From the NCBI RefSeq assembly GCF_011386835.1, contig NC_088810.1:23374001-23438000 (forward strand): a DNA stretch of 64,000 nucleotides. The letters are read 5' to 3'. Of the stretch, positions 26,202 through 40,577 are shown one piece after another. Origin of the DNA: Chrysemys picta bellii. Its lineage: Eukaryota. The first letter of the stretch is position 1, and each line of letters starts with the position of its first letter. The position numbers and the translations under genes are program-made. The notes beneath the pieces were generated by a model. The model saw only the letters and a list, made by a program, of their open reading frames with translations. It did no database searches and was not told the DNA's origin.

Positions 26202-27249
26202 CCGATTCGACTCACTCTCTTTCTAACCCAAGAGCTGTCACAGTAGGGTCCATTTTCATTTAAGACACAATCTTGCACATTTTCTCTGTGATTTTTAACA
26301 GGGAATAGGGTGTTCTTCCATAATTATCTTGTGTAATTTGAAGCCAAAGTTGGGGATTTTAGGAGCACCATATGCAACCAGGAAACATATTTCCTATTCA
26401 CTGGATATAGAATTAGGGCATTTAAATCTTTAAAGTAACATAAGAAAGTCCCTCAGCCATTTTTAGCTTGGATAGATTAGGAAGAAACTTTGCCACCTTC
26501 ATCCATAAATGGGCAATTCAGGGGTTTTCTTTATTCTGAAGTAGCTGTTACTCTTAACTATTGGAGCCAGGAGAATTATTAAGGTGACAACTGGTGTGAT
26601 CCAGTTTAGCAATTTCTACATTCTTATGAACAGAAATACCCATTGAAGATGCTTTTCCTCAGATGGTGTAATTTATTGTTACTCCATGAAAGCCATTTTA
26701 CCAGAGTAAAAGGTCTGAGGATCTTGTCCTTAGTGATTTATTTGGAGAAAGAAAAAGTTTCTGTTCCTTCATTAGCAAGTATTGGTGACTCCCAAGGTTT
26801 AGAAAACCAAAGAGCCACACCCTGACACTGGACACAACGGGTTTGCATGCAGAGGTTGAATCCTCAAAGGAAAGGAAAAGATCAGCATTATCCCAGCCAT
26901 GTTCTCTTTGAGAAATGGCTATAATGGATACAGCATACCAGGTATCCTTCAAAGAAATAATGACACTTATTCCAGGTGGTGTTTATCAGACAGGTCATTG
27001 AGAGGGTTTCAAAGGGGACAATTGGGAGGTAAGTTTAGTGGGAGTGGATAAAAGGCATAGAAATAGGAAATAGGAACAAAAACATAGCCACAAATATAGG
27101 GTCTAAGTGCACTCCTCCACTCTCTCTCGGGCCCCACGTAGACCTCACTACTATAGTAACTGAGGTTTGAGTCCTTTCCACTGTCATTGGAACCTTTTCT
27201 TTACTCTATTCCCTGTTGAGTGTTTCAGGTTTATCTCCATCACAGAAAG

Positions 27250-27756
27250 ATGTCTTGCTCCAGCCTGTGCTATCCAGAATGCGGGGTGGCCCGACCCAGT
27301 CCAGTTTCTGGCAGCTGCAACGAGCCGTGCGTTAGGCAGTGCCCTGACTCTGAAGTCATCATCAGACCATCACCGGTTGTCGTAACCATCCCAGGACCAA
27401 TTCTCAGCAATTTCCCCCAGCAGAGTGAAGTGGGAGCTGTTGGAGCACCTGTGGTCGGAGCAGGCTATGGGGGCTCATTTGGTTTGGGGGGATTGAACGG
27501 CTATGGAGGCCATTACGGAGGATTGTATGGTTATGGGGGATTAGGTGGTTACGGGGGCCATTATGGTTATGGAGGATTGAGTGGTTACGGGGGATTGTGT
27601 GGTTACGGGGGCCGTTATGGTTATGGAGGATTGAGTGGTTACGGCGGCCGTTATGGTGGACTGTGTGGTTACGGAGGAGGTTACGGTTACGGGGGAGCAT
27701 GCGGTTCTGGGGTATCTTGCCATAGGTACCTGAGTGGAAGCTGTACACCATGTTAA
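27250..27756 (+). CDS. Corneous beta-protein, 168 aa, A-type
   Basis: Intact; intron 26196-27228. Confidence 0.95.
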   Translation: MSCSSLCYPECGVARPSPVSGSCNEPCVRQCPDSEVIIRPSPVVVTIPGPILSNFPQQSEVGAVGAPVVGAGYGGSFGLGGLNGYGGHYGGLYGYGGLGGYGGHYGYGGLSGYGGLCGYGGRYGYGGLSGYGGRYGGLCGYGGGYGYGGACGSGVSCHRYLSGSCTPC

Positions 27757-29329
27757 ACCCTGCAGGAATATCAATGGTAAAAGAACAAACCAGGAAATGA
27801 ACAACAAGCTAGAGATTCAGACAGAGATTTCAGAAGTGCTGGGCAGGCATGGCTCCACTTGAATTCAATGCAAACTGTGTCTGCTCAGCCCCTTTATCTC
27901 ATTGACCGATTGCTAATATTATGCTCATAAACTCTTTCTGCCAATGCTTTCCCAACCACGTGCTTATTCTCCTAGTCACATGTGAACTCATTCTGAATTG
28001 CACTCAGGCTGTTTGCACTAACCCCACAGTGTGAAGGAAACAGGGGCCTTAACACAGGCATCAGTTGTACTTCTTATAACTTTAATGTGTTTGTCCAACT
28101 CTGTACCTGCAGCAAAGGAAAAAGAACATCTTGCCGCAAATGCATCCCAAGGAAGAGGGTGATTGGTCCCAGACCTTTTGGAAATGTTTGAAATAAATCC
28201 TTTCTGCTCTGTATTATTTGTTTCTGTAACTATGAATTGCAAATTTCATTCTCATTAAAAACTATGCTGCATCATAATATTGATCTTCTGGTTCTCCTTG
28301 TTCCTCCCTCCTTGTTTAAAAATCTTGCTGGAGGAAATTCCTCCCTGTATAGCCGGCAGCACCAGGCACTTCTAAGTTGCAACTTTCGAAGGCATGGAGT
28401 GATAGGAGAATAAAGCCCTTAAAGTGGTTCAAAGCATTATTCAGGCCGTCTGCACAGGGGTGGAGTTCTTCCTTGCATTATCCGTGTAGCAAAAAGCCTT
28501 TTCCTGCTAAGACTTACACAGATTTTCAATTTAAAATGTCAATATTTCCTTCGATTTCAAATAGACCAATCACATGGTTCGTGGAAAGTGTCTGTCTTAA
28601 TCTTCGCTGGATAGCGACCCAGATTTTCAGAAGGAAAAGAAAATTGGCCATCCCTAAAGACAAATTACACTACACCAAAGTCAGGATCTTCATTGTGATA
28701 TCAAGAGATTAGTACACTGACCAGTACTTCAATACAAGAATCTCATGGTTTTTTAGGAAACTGTTCCTCACTGCACTCCGTAGTACCATTTACCATTTTT
28801 ATACAAACCCCCTGAGTGCACCATAGCTTGATATTGCAGGAACTGCACATACCAAGACTGCATTTTCTACTATTTTCTTCAACATTTTCATGGCTCTCAG
28901 TTCCTAGAAGATGAATATTTTCTACTGATTAAAGAAAGGTATTTGCTTAGTGGTTGGTATGTACGTTTGAGCAGACTAGAATTATCTGGTACCATCATTT
29001 TTCCCATTTGAATTCAATATTGATAGTTTTATTCTTGCACTGCGCATTAACAAGCTTGAAATGTACACACTTGTAATTCCTTTGGACAATTATTATCCTC
29101 ATGTATGAAGAAGGCTGTGTTAAAGAGACGTCCCACCCTGGTCCTCGTTTCACAAATCTGAAAGAAGTCATTACCATTGGGTCACTATGACTCATTATAG
29201 AAATGTGTTTCCAAGGAAAGAAAAAGTAGAAAACACAGTGCAGATGGTGACTTCATCCCAATGGGTGCTATGCGTTAAAGCAAGTTTTTGACGCTTGAAT
29301 TATGTACTGTGATTTGCAGTGCTAACACT

Positions 29330-30739
29330 CAAGGAAAGGAGAGAAATTGACAGACTTGTAATTCCTTTGGAGAGTGTTGTCCTCAAGTATAAAGAAGAAA
29401 CAATTAAAGTGGTTCAAACGTTAGTCATTTTTTTATCGTGGATTCTTATATCTAAGGATGTACACACTATTTCACAAGACCTGTTACTAATGTTGTCTTG
29501 TAAAAGAGTCTAACAGGGATGAACCTCGAGCTTGAACTGTGGTAGGGGGAATCAGAACTATTGGGTTGTACTTTTGTTTCTGCACCTGACACCCGTGTGA
29601 CCTTCATCTCCATGTGCCTATTGCTCTATGCTGATAAAACAAGGAGAGTAAGCATGTTAAGGCTGGAAGTTCTTCAGCATTCTCAGAACTCAAGATTTCA
29701 AATAACCTCGTAAACATTCATTGGTGTTTCACACATAAAAAAGTTTGTATTCTTAGAAGATTAATAAATTGTTCCTGGGATTAGGCACCTGTGCAATAGA
29801 GTCACTTAAAAAAAATAGACGCCAAGGTCTTTCATGTCATTCCTTTAATCAGGTCACGATTCAAAGCCAAAGAATTTGGGGATATTTCATTTTCATTCTA
29901 ATGTAATTTTACATTTGGTGTATTTATAGGAAAATGAAGGTGCTTTCTTGGTGTTAATCAGCACAGTTGCTTCAAATTGAAAGAAGTTCAGGGTCTTAAA
30001 GTCCTTCAAAGAAAGGAAGACATTTCTGCCTTCTTGTTTCTTAGTTTCTTGTCAGCTCAGTCATAGAGAGATGGTTTCTAACAAAGTACAAATTCAACCA
30101 TTTAACTCAAAAATTTTGTAGAAAAGAGCAGTACTTCCTTTAACTCCCCACTATCCCTTCCATTGACCCATGAGCAAATCTGGTCTAGGCAACCCTTTGA
30201 GATAGCATTGGTGACCCAAGTGGAGGTCCAATGTTAGATCAAGTTTTAATCACCCTAAGGTGAAATTCACCTCTGGGCAGAGGGCCATCACAAAGGCCCA
30301 GGCTCCACTGAAGTCCCTGATAAGACATAGTTTGAAAGTTTAAAGTGGGGCGAAAGTTGACCATAGGCATCGTACTATCCCTCTGCCAAAAGGTGAATCT
30401 GAGATTTAAGGTCACGAAAGGAAAGACACTGAAGGCAATGGAATGATTCTGATTTTTTTACGAGGTAATCGGATCTCACCCGTTGGGGATGGAGTTTTTG
30501 AGAAGGCAGAAAAATGGCTCTTTGCTTCCTAGCAAGTTTATAATGAGCTGTCCAATGCCCCTAACTAAGACCCGCATGAACTGAAAGGACCAAAGTGGAT
30601 TTCTGCTCATGACAGCCAATTCTGCTGATGATGCAATTCTGAATCACCTCGACATGCATGCTCATTGCACCACTAAGAAAGTCATTGGAATGATACTAGG
30701 AACGCAGATTGCAACGTGCATGTCATGTTGAGGCTGAGA
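29330..30739 (+). repeat. Left inverted-repeat arm around CBP 32115
   Basis: Paralog of 4499-6122 with an extra internal deletion near 30035. Confidence 0.8.
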
Positions 30740-31584
30740 AGGCATGTAGTCTTACCATGAACCATGTGATTGGTCCTTTTGAAATCAAAAGAAATATTTA
30801 CATTCTTAAAGTGAAAATCTGTGTAAGTCTTAGCAGGAAAAGACTTTTTGCTAAACAGATAATGCAAGGAAGAACTCCACCCCCGTGCAGAGGGCCTGAA
30901 TACTGGTATGAACCATTTTATGGGCTTTATTATCCTATCACTCCATGCCTTCGAAAGTTGCAGCTTGAGAGGTGTATGGTACTGCCGGCTCTACAGGGAT
31001 GAATTTTCTCCAGCATGATTTTTAAACTAGGAGTGAGGAACAAGGAAAACCAGATGACCGATATTATGATGCAGCATAGTTTTTAATATGAATGAAATTT
31101 GCAATACACAGTTACAGAAAAAAATAATACAGAGCAGAAAGGATGCATTTCAAGTATTTCCAAAAGGGCTGGGACCGATCACCCGCTTCCTCGGGATGTA
31201 TTTGAGGCAAGATGTTCTTTTCCCTTTGTTGCAGATGCAAAGTTGGTCAAAGAAATTAAAGTGATAATAAAGACAACTGATGCCTGTGTTAAGGCCCCTG
31301 TTTCCTTCACACTGCGGGGTTAGTGCAAACAGCCTGAGTGTAATTCAGAATGAGTCCACGTGAGACTAAGAGAATAAGCGCATGGTTGGGAAAGCATTGG
31401 CAGAAAGTGTTTACAGGCATAATATTAGCAATCGGTCTATGATCGAAAGGGGCTGAGCAGACACAGTTCGCATTGAATTCAAGTGGAGCCATGCCTGCCC
31501 AGCACTTCTGAAATCTCTGTCTGAATCTCTAGCTTGTTGTTCATTTCCTGGTCTTTTCTTTTACCATTGATATTCCTGCAGGGT

Positions 31585-32115
31585 TTAACATGGTGTACAG
31601 CTTCCACTCAGGTACCTATGGCAAGATACCCCGGAACCGCATGCTCCCCCATAACCGTAACCTCCCCCGTAACCTCCTCCGTAACCACACAGTCCACCGT
31701 AACCACTCAATCCCCCGTAACCATAACGGCCCCCGTAACCACACAATCCCCCATAACCTCCCCCGTAACCACACAATCCCCCATAACCTCCCCCGTAACC
31801 ATAACGGCCCCCGTAACCACCTAGTCCCCCATAACCATACAATCCCCCGTAATGGCCTCCATAGCCGTACAATCCCCCCAAACCGAATGAGCCCCCGTAG
31901 CCGGCTCCGACCACAGGTGCTCCAACGGCTCCCACTTCACTCTGCTGAGGGAAATTGCTGAGAATTGGTCCTGGGATGGTTACGACAACCGGTGATGGTC
32001 TGATGATGACTTCAGAGTCAGGGCACTGCCTAACGCACGGCTCGTTGCAGCTGCCAGAAACTGGACTGGGTCGGGCCACCCCGCATTCTGGATAGCACAG
32101 GCTGGAACAAGACAT
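31585..32115 (-). CDS. Corneous beta-protein, 176 aa, B-type
   Basis: Intact; same translation as CBP 7498 in the ORF track; intron 32137-33153. Confidence 0.95.
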   Translation of the reverse strand: MSCSSLCYPECGVARPSPVSGSCNEPCVRQCPDSEVIIRPSPVVVTIPGPILSNFPQQSEVGAVGAPVVGAGYGGSFGLGGLYGYGGHYGGLYGYGGLGGYGGRYGYGGGYGGLCGYGGGYGGLCGYGGRYGYGGLSGYGGLCGYGGGYGGGYGYGGACGSGVSCHRYLSGSCTPC

Positions 32116-33147
32116 CTTTCTGTGATGGAGATAAACCTGAAACACACAACAGGGAATAGAGTAAAGAAAAGGTACCAGTCTCAGTGGAAGAAAGGACTCA
32201 AGCCTTGGTTACTATAGTAGTGAGGTCACCGTGGGGCCCGAGAGAGAGGAGGAGTGGATTTAGACCCTATGTTCGTGGCTATGTATTTGTTCCTATTTCC
32301 TCTTTCTATACCTCTTATCTACTCACACTAAACTTCCCTCCTCATGGGCCCCTTTGAACCCTATTTCATTGACGGACCCCTGGTATTCGCTGTCCATTAT
32401 AGACATTTCTCAGAGAGAACATGACTGGGATACTGCTATCATTTCTTTTCCTTTGACGATTCAATCTCTGCATACAAACCAGTGGAGTCCAGGGTCAGAG
32501 TGTGGCTTATTGGTTTTCTAAACCTTGGGAGTCCCCAATACTTGCTGATGAATAAACAGAAAGTTTTCTTTTCTCCAAATAAATCACTAAGACAAGATCC
32601 TCAGCTCTGGTAAACTGGGTTCAGATCCACTGACTTCCATCGAGTGACCCTAAATTATACCATCTGAGGAGAAGACTCTTCTGCTCATAAGAACGTTGGA
32701 ATTCCTAGACTGGATCACACCATTTGTCAGTTTAATCATTCTCCTGCCACCAATACTAAGGAATAAGAGCTACTTCAGAATAAAGTAGAAGACCCCTAAA
32801 TTGGCCGTGTAGGGGCTAAACTGGGAAGGTTTCTTCCTAATCTAGCCAAGAGAAAAATGGCTAAGAAAGTTTCTAAAGTTAATTTAACGATTTAAATTCC
32901 CTATTTCGATTGCCAGTTAATAGGACATATGTTTCTCAATTGCATCTGGTGCTCCTAAACTCCCCACCTTTGGCTTCAAATCATGGATCCACCACAACTT
33001 GCTACTGAATATCTACACAAGAGAATTATGGAACAACACTGTCATTCCTGATAAAAATCACAGAGAATACGTGCAAGATTCAGTCTTAAATGGAAATGGA
33101 TCCTACTGTGACATCTCTTGGGTTAGAAAGAGATTGAGTCGAATTGG

Positions 33148-33221
33148 ACTTACCCAGTTGACCGAGGAGCTGCAGTCCGGAGAAGTGTTTAGAAGAACCC
33201 TGAGTCGTGAGTGCTTTTATA
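33148..33221 (-). promoter_or_regulatory. TATA box, exon 1 and donor of CBP 32115
   Basis: TATAAAA at 33221-33215; donor starting at 33153. Confidence 0.8.
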
Positions 33222-33360
33222 CAGTTTCTAGGACTGCCTGGAGGATCTGCGTTGTGTTTTATACAGGAAGCCCCAATTAGTTACCAAACAATCTTAATGA
33301 CCTTGTTAAATCCTCCTTTTGATGGAGCTGTTTTCTCAGGGTTTGGGAGTATTGGGGTAA

Positions 33361-34861
33361 TCTCAGCCTCAAAAGGAGTGACATGCATGTTGCAATCTGC
33401 GTTCTTAGTATCATTCCAATGACTTTCTTGGTGGTGCAATGAGAATGCATGTCAATGTGATTTAGAATTGCATCAGCAGCACAATTGGCTGTCATGAGCA
33501 GAAATCTACTTTGGTCCTTTCAGTTCATGCGGGTCATAGTTAGGGGCATTGGACAGTTCATTATAAACTTGCTAGGAAGCAAAGAGCCATTTTTCTGCCT
33601 TCTCAAAAGCTCCATCCCCAACGGGTGAGATCCGATTCCCTCGGAAAACAATCAGTATCATTCCATTGCCTTCAGTGTCTTTCCTGTCGTGACCTTAAGT
33701 CTCAGATTCACCTTTTGGCAGAGGGATAGTACGATGCCTATGGACAACTTCAGCCCCACTTTAAACTTTCAAACTATGTCTTAGCAGGGACTTCAGTGGA
33801 GCATGGGCCTTTGTGATGGCCCTCTGCCCAGAGGTGAATTTCACCAAAGGGTGATTAAACCTTGATCTAACATTGGACCTCCACTTGTGTCACCAATGCT
33901 ATCTCAAAGGGTTGCCTAGACCAGATTTGCTCATGGGTCAATGGAAGAGATAGTGGGGAGTTAAAGGAAGCTCTGCTCTTTTCTAGAAAGCTTTTGAGTT
34001 AAATGGTTGAATTTGTACTCTGTTAGAAACTATCTCTCTATGACTGAGCTGACAAGAAACTGAGGTCTTGCAAGATAATGCAGCTGACTAAGGCCTGGAA
34101 GAAGCCCAGGAGAGATGGAAATCATGGATTATGGGTGAAGGAGGAAAGGGCTGTTGGCTGTCATTTGACATAGAGTCCGACCAGCCATAGGTTATGTTGC
34201 ATAAAGCATTCCTGCAAGAACCAGAATGTTGTTTTAAGTGTAAAATATATCTCTAGCAGTACATTCTATATCCAAGGAAGAAGGCAGAAATGTCTTCCTT
34301 TCTTTGAAGGACTTTAAGACCCTGAACTTCTTTCAATTTGAAGCAACTGTGCTGATTAACACCACGAAAGCACCTTCATTTTCCTATAAATACACCAAAT
34401 GTAAAATTACATTAGAATGAAAATGAAATATCCCCAAATTCTTTGGCTTTGAATCGTGCCCTGATTAAAGGAATGACATGAGAGACCTTGCCCTCTATTT
34501 ATTTTTTAAGTCACTCTATTACTCATTGCACAGGCGTCTAATCCCAGGAACAATTTACTAATCTTCTAAGAATACAACCCTTTTTATGTGTGAAACACCA
34601 ATGAATGTTTACGAAATGCTTTGAACCCAATAGTTCTGATCCTCCCTACCACAGTTCAAGCTCGAGGTTCGTCCCTGTTAGACTCTATTACAAGACAACA
34701 TTAGTAACTATTCTTGTTAAATAGTGCGTGCATCCTTGGATCTAAGCATCCACGATAAAAAAATGACTAACGTTTGATCCACATTAATTGTTTCTTCTTT
34801 ATACTTGAGGACAACACTCTCCAAAGGAATTACAAGTCTGTCAATTTTTCTCTTTTCCTTG
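33361..34861 (-). repeat. Right inverted-repeat arm around CBP 32115
   Basis: Paralog of 8756-10249. Confidence 0.8.
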
Positions 34862-35410
34862 CACAAGTGATTGTAGGTGGAGAGCCTCATCTGGTCTCAC
34901 TTATGGTGGCTCCCATGAAGTCAATGGAACAGCGCATATTTAGACCAGCTGAGGAAGTGGTGTTTTGATTTTTTAAAAAAGCCAAACATTTCCCTTCCTT
35001 GATCAGCAAGTGTTGGTGACACACTGAGGTTTGTACTCCAAATCAGCACATTATCATGCTGTCCTGAACTCATTTCTAGTTAGAGGTTACATCCTAACAA
35101 GGAAAATGGCATTATTAATGCTATCCCAGCCAAGTTCTGTGTTATAATTTTAATGGACTGAAAATCCCAAGCATTAGTGATAGAAATTACATACTGCTTA
35201 GAGACAGGGCAAAGAAAGTAACAACGATTCAAAATAGCTAGTTCTTTCTTTCTTTCTTTCACTCTCCTTCTGTCTCTCTCTGTAGGTGTCTATGTGACCT
35301 CAATTGAATATTAGGAGCTCAATATAAAAATTTTTATTCCACTTGCCCACACACATTAAATTTACTCTCTTCCCTGCTGTGTGTCTCCGATTTATCGCCA
35401 CTGCAGAAAG

Positions 35411-35807
35411 ATGTCTTGTTTCACAAATGCGTGGAGTGACACTCCACAAAGCACGTGTGGACAGCTTCAACAGGCCTTACATAAGGTCGTGCCCTGAGCC
35501 CACAGTGCTGATCCAACCACCCCTCGCTGTCATGACCTTCTGAGGACCAATTCTCAGTTCTTTCCCTCAGGAAAGCGTAGTGCGATCTTCAGCAGCAGCT
35601 GACATTGGAGGTGGTGATGGGGGTGTATGTGGTGATAGAGCCTTATAACGTTATGGAGGCTTATATGGTTGGGGGGGTCCCTGTGGTTATGGGACATGAC
35701 ATGGTTATCGGGGTCCGTATGGTTAGGAGAGATTCTATGGTTACAAGGTACCATATGGTTGTGGGAGGAATATAGGGTTGTGGGGGTGGTGATGGGGCCA
35801 TAGGTAA
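35411..35807 (+). pseudogene. C-type CBP pseudogene, copy 3
   Basis: Same frameshift and ACC TTC TGA GGA core stop. Confidence 0.85.
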
Positions 35808-36604
35808 ACCCAGTAGGCATATCCAAAGAAAAAGGAAGAACCAGGAAATGAACAGCAAGATGCAGATTGAGGTTTTAGCGCATAGCCCTAGCTTTGAGAA
35901 TTGCCGAGTACATCGAACTCTTTGTGAAATAATAAAAGAGCTGCATTTAACCAACACCTCTGCAAACATGCCTAATGTTTCCCATATTTCACATGATGGG
36001 TCTTTCTTCTAATGCCTGCCTGGCTATTTGCTTCCTCTATTATCAACACAGTGGGCCCTGATGATGCAGAGAGAATGGTGCTTGCAATACTCTGGAGCAA
36101 ATTCCGACTGAGATGGATTTACTGCATTTCTACAAGCTTGGCAAGGATATAAACTCTTGTGCTTCAGGGTATCATCCAATAATGGAGGTAGATCGGATTG
36201 ACGGGTGATAATGAAAAAGTTCCTCTATGGGCAGGTGATCCCATACCTGTGTTCTACGGGGTTTCTTGCACCCCCTGTGAAGCCTCTGGCATTCACCACT
36301 GTGGGAGAGAGGCCTGATTTGCTGCAGCAATGCCTGTGTTCTTCCATTCCAAGGAGGGGTCATTAGGTGTATTCTGACATTGAGGAATAGAGCTGTATTG
36401 CCCTTAAATAAAACCCGGTGGCAGATGGCTAAATCTCCCCTCATTGTGTGAGTATTACATCATATCATTGAAGAGTCAGGAAGGTCTGGATACATTTTTC
36501 CTTTTGTGTTGTTAAATCAAAAATTTGATCTGTGGAAAATATTCATCTACTGGGAACTGAGAGCCATGAAAATGTTGAAGAAAAGCATAGTAGAAAATGC
36601 AAGT

Positions 36605-36701
36605 CACATGCGTCTGATGAAGTGGGCATTCACCCACGAAAGCTTATGCTCCAATACTTCTGTTAGTCTTAAAGGTGCCACAGGACCCTCTGTTGCTTTT
36701 T
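36605..36701 (+). mobile_element. Duplicate of the Penelope-like/hammerhead fragment at 11997
   Basis: CTGATGA at 36614-36620; same junction context. Confidence 0.7.
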
Positions 36702-38024
36702 ATAGAGTGAAATTCACTCCCAGGCACAGGGTCATCACAAAGGCTCGTACTATACTTAAGTCCTTGCTAAGACGTAGTTTGAAAGTTTAAAGTAGAACTA
36801 AAGTTTTCCATAGGCATTGTTCTATCCCCCTGCCAAAGGGTGAATTTGAGACTGAAGGCCATGGAATATTTCCAATTGATTACAAAGGGAATTGGATCTG
36901 AGATAGGGATGGAGGTTGTGAGAATGCAGAAAAATAGATCTTCTTTGGACTTCATCCCGTTGGTGAACTAGGAAGGTCCGATTCCATTCACTCTCTTTCT
37001 AACCCAAGGGCTGTCAAAGTAGGGTCCATTTTTCATTTAAGACTCAATCTTGCACATTCTCTCTGTGATTTTTAACAGGGAATAGGGTGTTCTTCCATAA
37101 TTATCTTGTGTCGTTATTTGAAGCCAAAGATGGGGATTTTAGGAGCACCATATGGAACCGGGAAACATATTTCCTATTAACTGAATATAGAATTAGGGCA
37201 TTTAAATCTTTAAAGTAACATTAGAAAGTCCCTTAGCCATTTTTAGCTTGGATAGATTAGGAAGAAACTTTGCCACCTTCGTCCATAAATGGGCAATTCA
37301 GGGGTTTTCTTTATTCTGAAGTAGCTGTTACTCCTCACTATTGGAGCCAGGAGAATTATTAAGGTGACAACTGGTGTAATCCAGTCTAGCAATTTCTAAA
37401 TTCTTATGAACAAAAATACCCATTGAAGATGCTTTTCCTCAGATGGTGTAATTTATTGTCGCTCCATGGAAGCCATTTTACCGGAGTACAAGGTCTGAGG
37501 ATCTTGTCCTTAATGATTTATTTGGAGAAAGGAAAAGTTTCTGTTCCTTCATTAGCAAGTATTGGTGACTCCCAAGGTTCAGAAAACCAAAGAGCCACAC
37601 TGTGACACTGGACACAACGGGTTTGCATGCGGAGGTTGAATCCTCAACGGAAAGGAAAAGATCAGCATTATCCCAGCCATGTTCTCTTTGAGAAATGTCT
37701 ATAATGGACACAGCCTACCAGGTATCCTTCAAAGAAATAATGACACTTATTCCAGGTGGTGACAGGTAATTCAGAGGGTTTCAAGGGGGACAATTGGGAG
37801 GTAGGTTTGGTGGGATTGGATAAGAGGCAAAGAAAAAGGAAATAGGAACAAAAACATAGCCACAAATATAGGGTCTAAGTCCTCTCCGCCTCTCTTTCTC
37901 GGGTCCCACGTAGACCTCACTATTATAGTAACTGAGGTTTGAGTTCTTTCTTCCATTGTCATTGGTACCTTTTCTTTACTCTAGTCCCTGTTGTGTGTTT
38001 CAGGTTTATCTCCATCACAGAAAG

Positions 38025-38393
38025 ATGTCTTGTTCCAGCCGGTGCTATCCAGAATGCCGGGTGGCCCGTCCCAGTCCAGTTTCTGGCAGCTGCAAGGAGC
38101 TGTGCGTTAGGCAGTGTCCTGACTCTGAAGTCATCATCAGACCATCACCGGTTGTCGTAACCATCCCAGGACCAATTCTTAGCAATTTCCCCTATAGAGG
38201 CAATTACGGAAGATTGTAAGGTTATGGGGGATTAGGTGGTTAGGCGGGCCATTATGGTTACGGGGGATTGAGTGGTTACGGGGGCCATTATGGTGGACTG
38301 TGTGATTAGGGGGGAGGTTATGGTTACGGGGGAGCATGCGGTTCTAGGGTATCTTGCCATAGGTACCTGAGTGGAAGCTGTACACCATGTTAA
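38025..38393 (+). pseudogene. Truncated A-type CBP pseudogene, copy 2
   Basis: Same 84 bp deletion, TAA at 38217-38219, same promoter deletion (~36940) and lost donor. Confidence 0.85.
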
Positions 38394-40503
38394 ACCCTGC
38401 AGGAATATCAATGGTAAAAGAAAAGACCAGGAAATGAACAACAAGCTAGAGATTCAGATAGAGATTTCAGAAGTGCTGGGCAGGCATGGCTCCACTTGAA
38501 TTCAATGCGAACTGTGTCTGCTCAGCCCCTTTCGATCATAGACCAATTGCTAATATTATGCTTATAAACTCTTTCTGCCAATGCTTTCCCAACCACGCGC
38601 TTATTCTCCTAGTCACATGTGGACTCATTCTGAATTGCACTCAAGCTGTTTGCACTAACCCCGCAGTGTGAAGGAAACAGGGGCCTTAACACAGGCATCA
38701 GTTGTACTTCTTATCACTTTAATTTGTTTGTCCAACTCTGTACCTGCAGCAAAGGAAAAAGAACATCTTGCCTCAAATGCATCCCAAGGAAGCGGGTGAT
38801 CGGTCCCAGCCCGTCTCGAAATACTTGAAATACATCCTTTCTGCTCTGTTTTATTTCTTTCTGTAACTGTGAATTGCAAATTTCATTCTCATTAAAAACT
38901 ATGCTGCATTATAATATTGATCTTCTGGTTGTCCTTGTTCAAAAATCGTGCTGGAGGAAATTCCTCCCTGTATAGCCAGCAGCACCAGGAACTTCTAAGT
39001 TGCAACTTTCGAAGGCATGGAGTGATAGGAGAATAAAGCCCTTAAAGTGGTTCAAAGCATTATTCAGGCCGTCTGCACAGGGCGGAGTTCTTCCTTGCAT
39101 TATCCGTGTAGCAAAAAGCCTTTTCCTGCTAAGACTTACACAGATTTTATATTTAAAATGTCAATATTTCCTTCGACTTCAAAAAGACCAATCACATGGT
39201 TCGTGGAAAGTGTCTGTGTTAATCTTTGCTGGACAGCGACCCAGATTTTCAGAAGGAAAAGAAAATTGGCCATCCCTAAAGACAAATTACACTACACCAA
39301 AGGCAGGATCTTCATTGTGATATCAAGAGATTAGTACACTGACCAGTACTTCAATACAAGAACCTCATGGTTTTTTAGGAAACTGTTCCTCACTGCACTC
39401 CATAGTACCATTTACCATATTTATACAAACCCCCCGGGTGCACCATAGCTTGATATTGCAGGAACTGCACATACCAAGACAGCATTTTCTACTATTTTCT
39501 TCAACATTTTCATGGCTCTCAATTCATAGAATAGAATTATCTGGTACCATCATTTTTCCCATTTGAATTCCATATTGATAGTTTCATTCTTGCACTGCGC
39601 ATTAACAAGTTTGAAATGTACACACTTGTAATTCCTTTGGACAATTATTATCCTCATGTATGAAGAAGGCTATGTTAAAGCGACGTCCCACCCTGGTCCT
39701 CGTTTCACAAATCATTACCATTGGGTCACTATGACTCATTATAGAAATGTGTTTCCAAGGAAAGAAAAAGTAGAAAACACAGTGCAGATGGTGACTTCAT
39801 CCCAATGGGTGCTATGCGTTAAGGCAAGCTTTTGACGCTTGAATTATGTACTGTGATTTGCAGTGCTAACACGCAAGGAAAAGAGAAAAATTGACAGACT
39901 TGTAATTCCTTTGGAGAGTGTTGTCCTCAAGTATAAAGAAAACACAATTAATGTGGATCAAACATTAGTCATTTTTTTATCGTGGATGCTTAGATCCAAC
40001 GATGCACAGACTATTTAACAAGACATGTTCCTAATGTTGTCTTGTAATACAGTCTAACAGGGGTGAACCTCGAACTTAAACTGTGGTAGGGGGAATCAGA
40101 ATTATTGGGTTGTACTTCTGTTTCTGCACCTGACACCCCTGTGACCTTCACCTCCATGTGCCTATTGCTCTATGCTGATAAAACAAGGAGAGTAAGCATG
40201 TTAAGGCTGGAAGTTCTTCAGCATTCTCAGAACTCAAGATTTCAAAGCACCTCGTAAACATACATTGGTGTTTCACACATAAAAAGGGTTGTATTCTTAG
40301 AAGATTAATAAATTGTTCCTGGGATTAGACACCTGTACAATGAGTAATAGAGTCACTTAAAAAAAATAGAGGCCAATACTCCCAAACCCTGAGAAAACAG
40401 CTCCATCAAAAGGATTTAACAAGGCCATTAAGATTGTTTGGTAACTAATTGGGGCTTCCTGTATAAAACACAACGCAGATCCTCCAGGCAGTTCTAGAAA
40501 CTG

Positions 40504-40577
40504 TATAAAAGCACTCACGACTCAGGGTTCTTCTAAACACTTCTCCGGACTTCAGCTCCTCGGTCAACTGGGTAAGT
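40504..40577 (+). promoter_or_regulatory. TATA box, exon 1 and donor of CBP 41665
   Basis: TATAAAA 40504-40510; GTAAGT at 40572. Confidence 0.8.
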
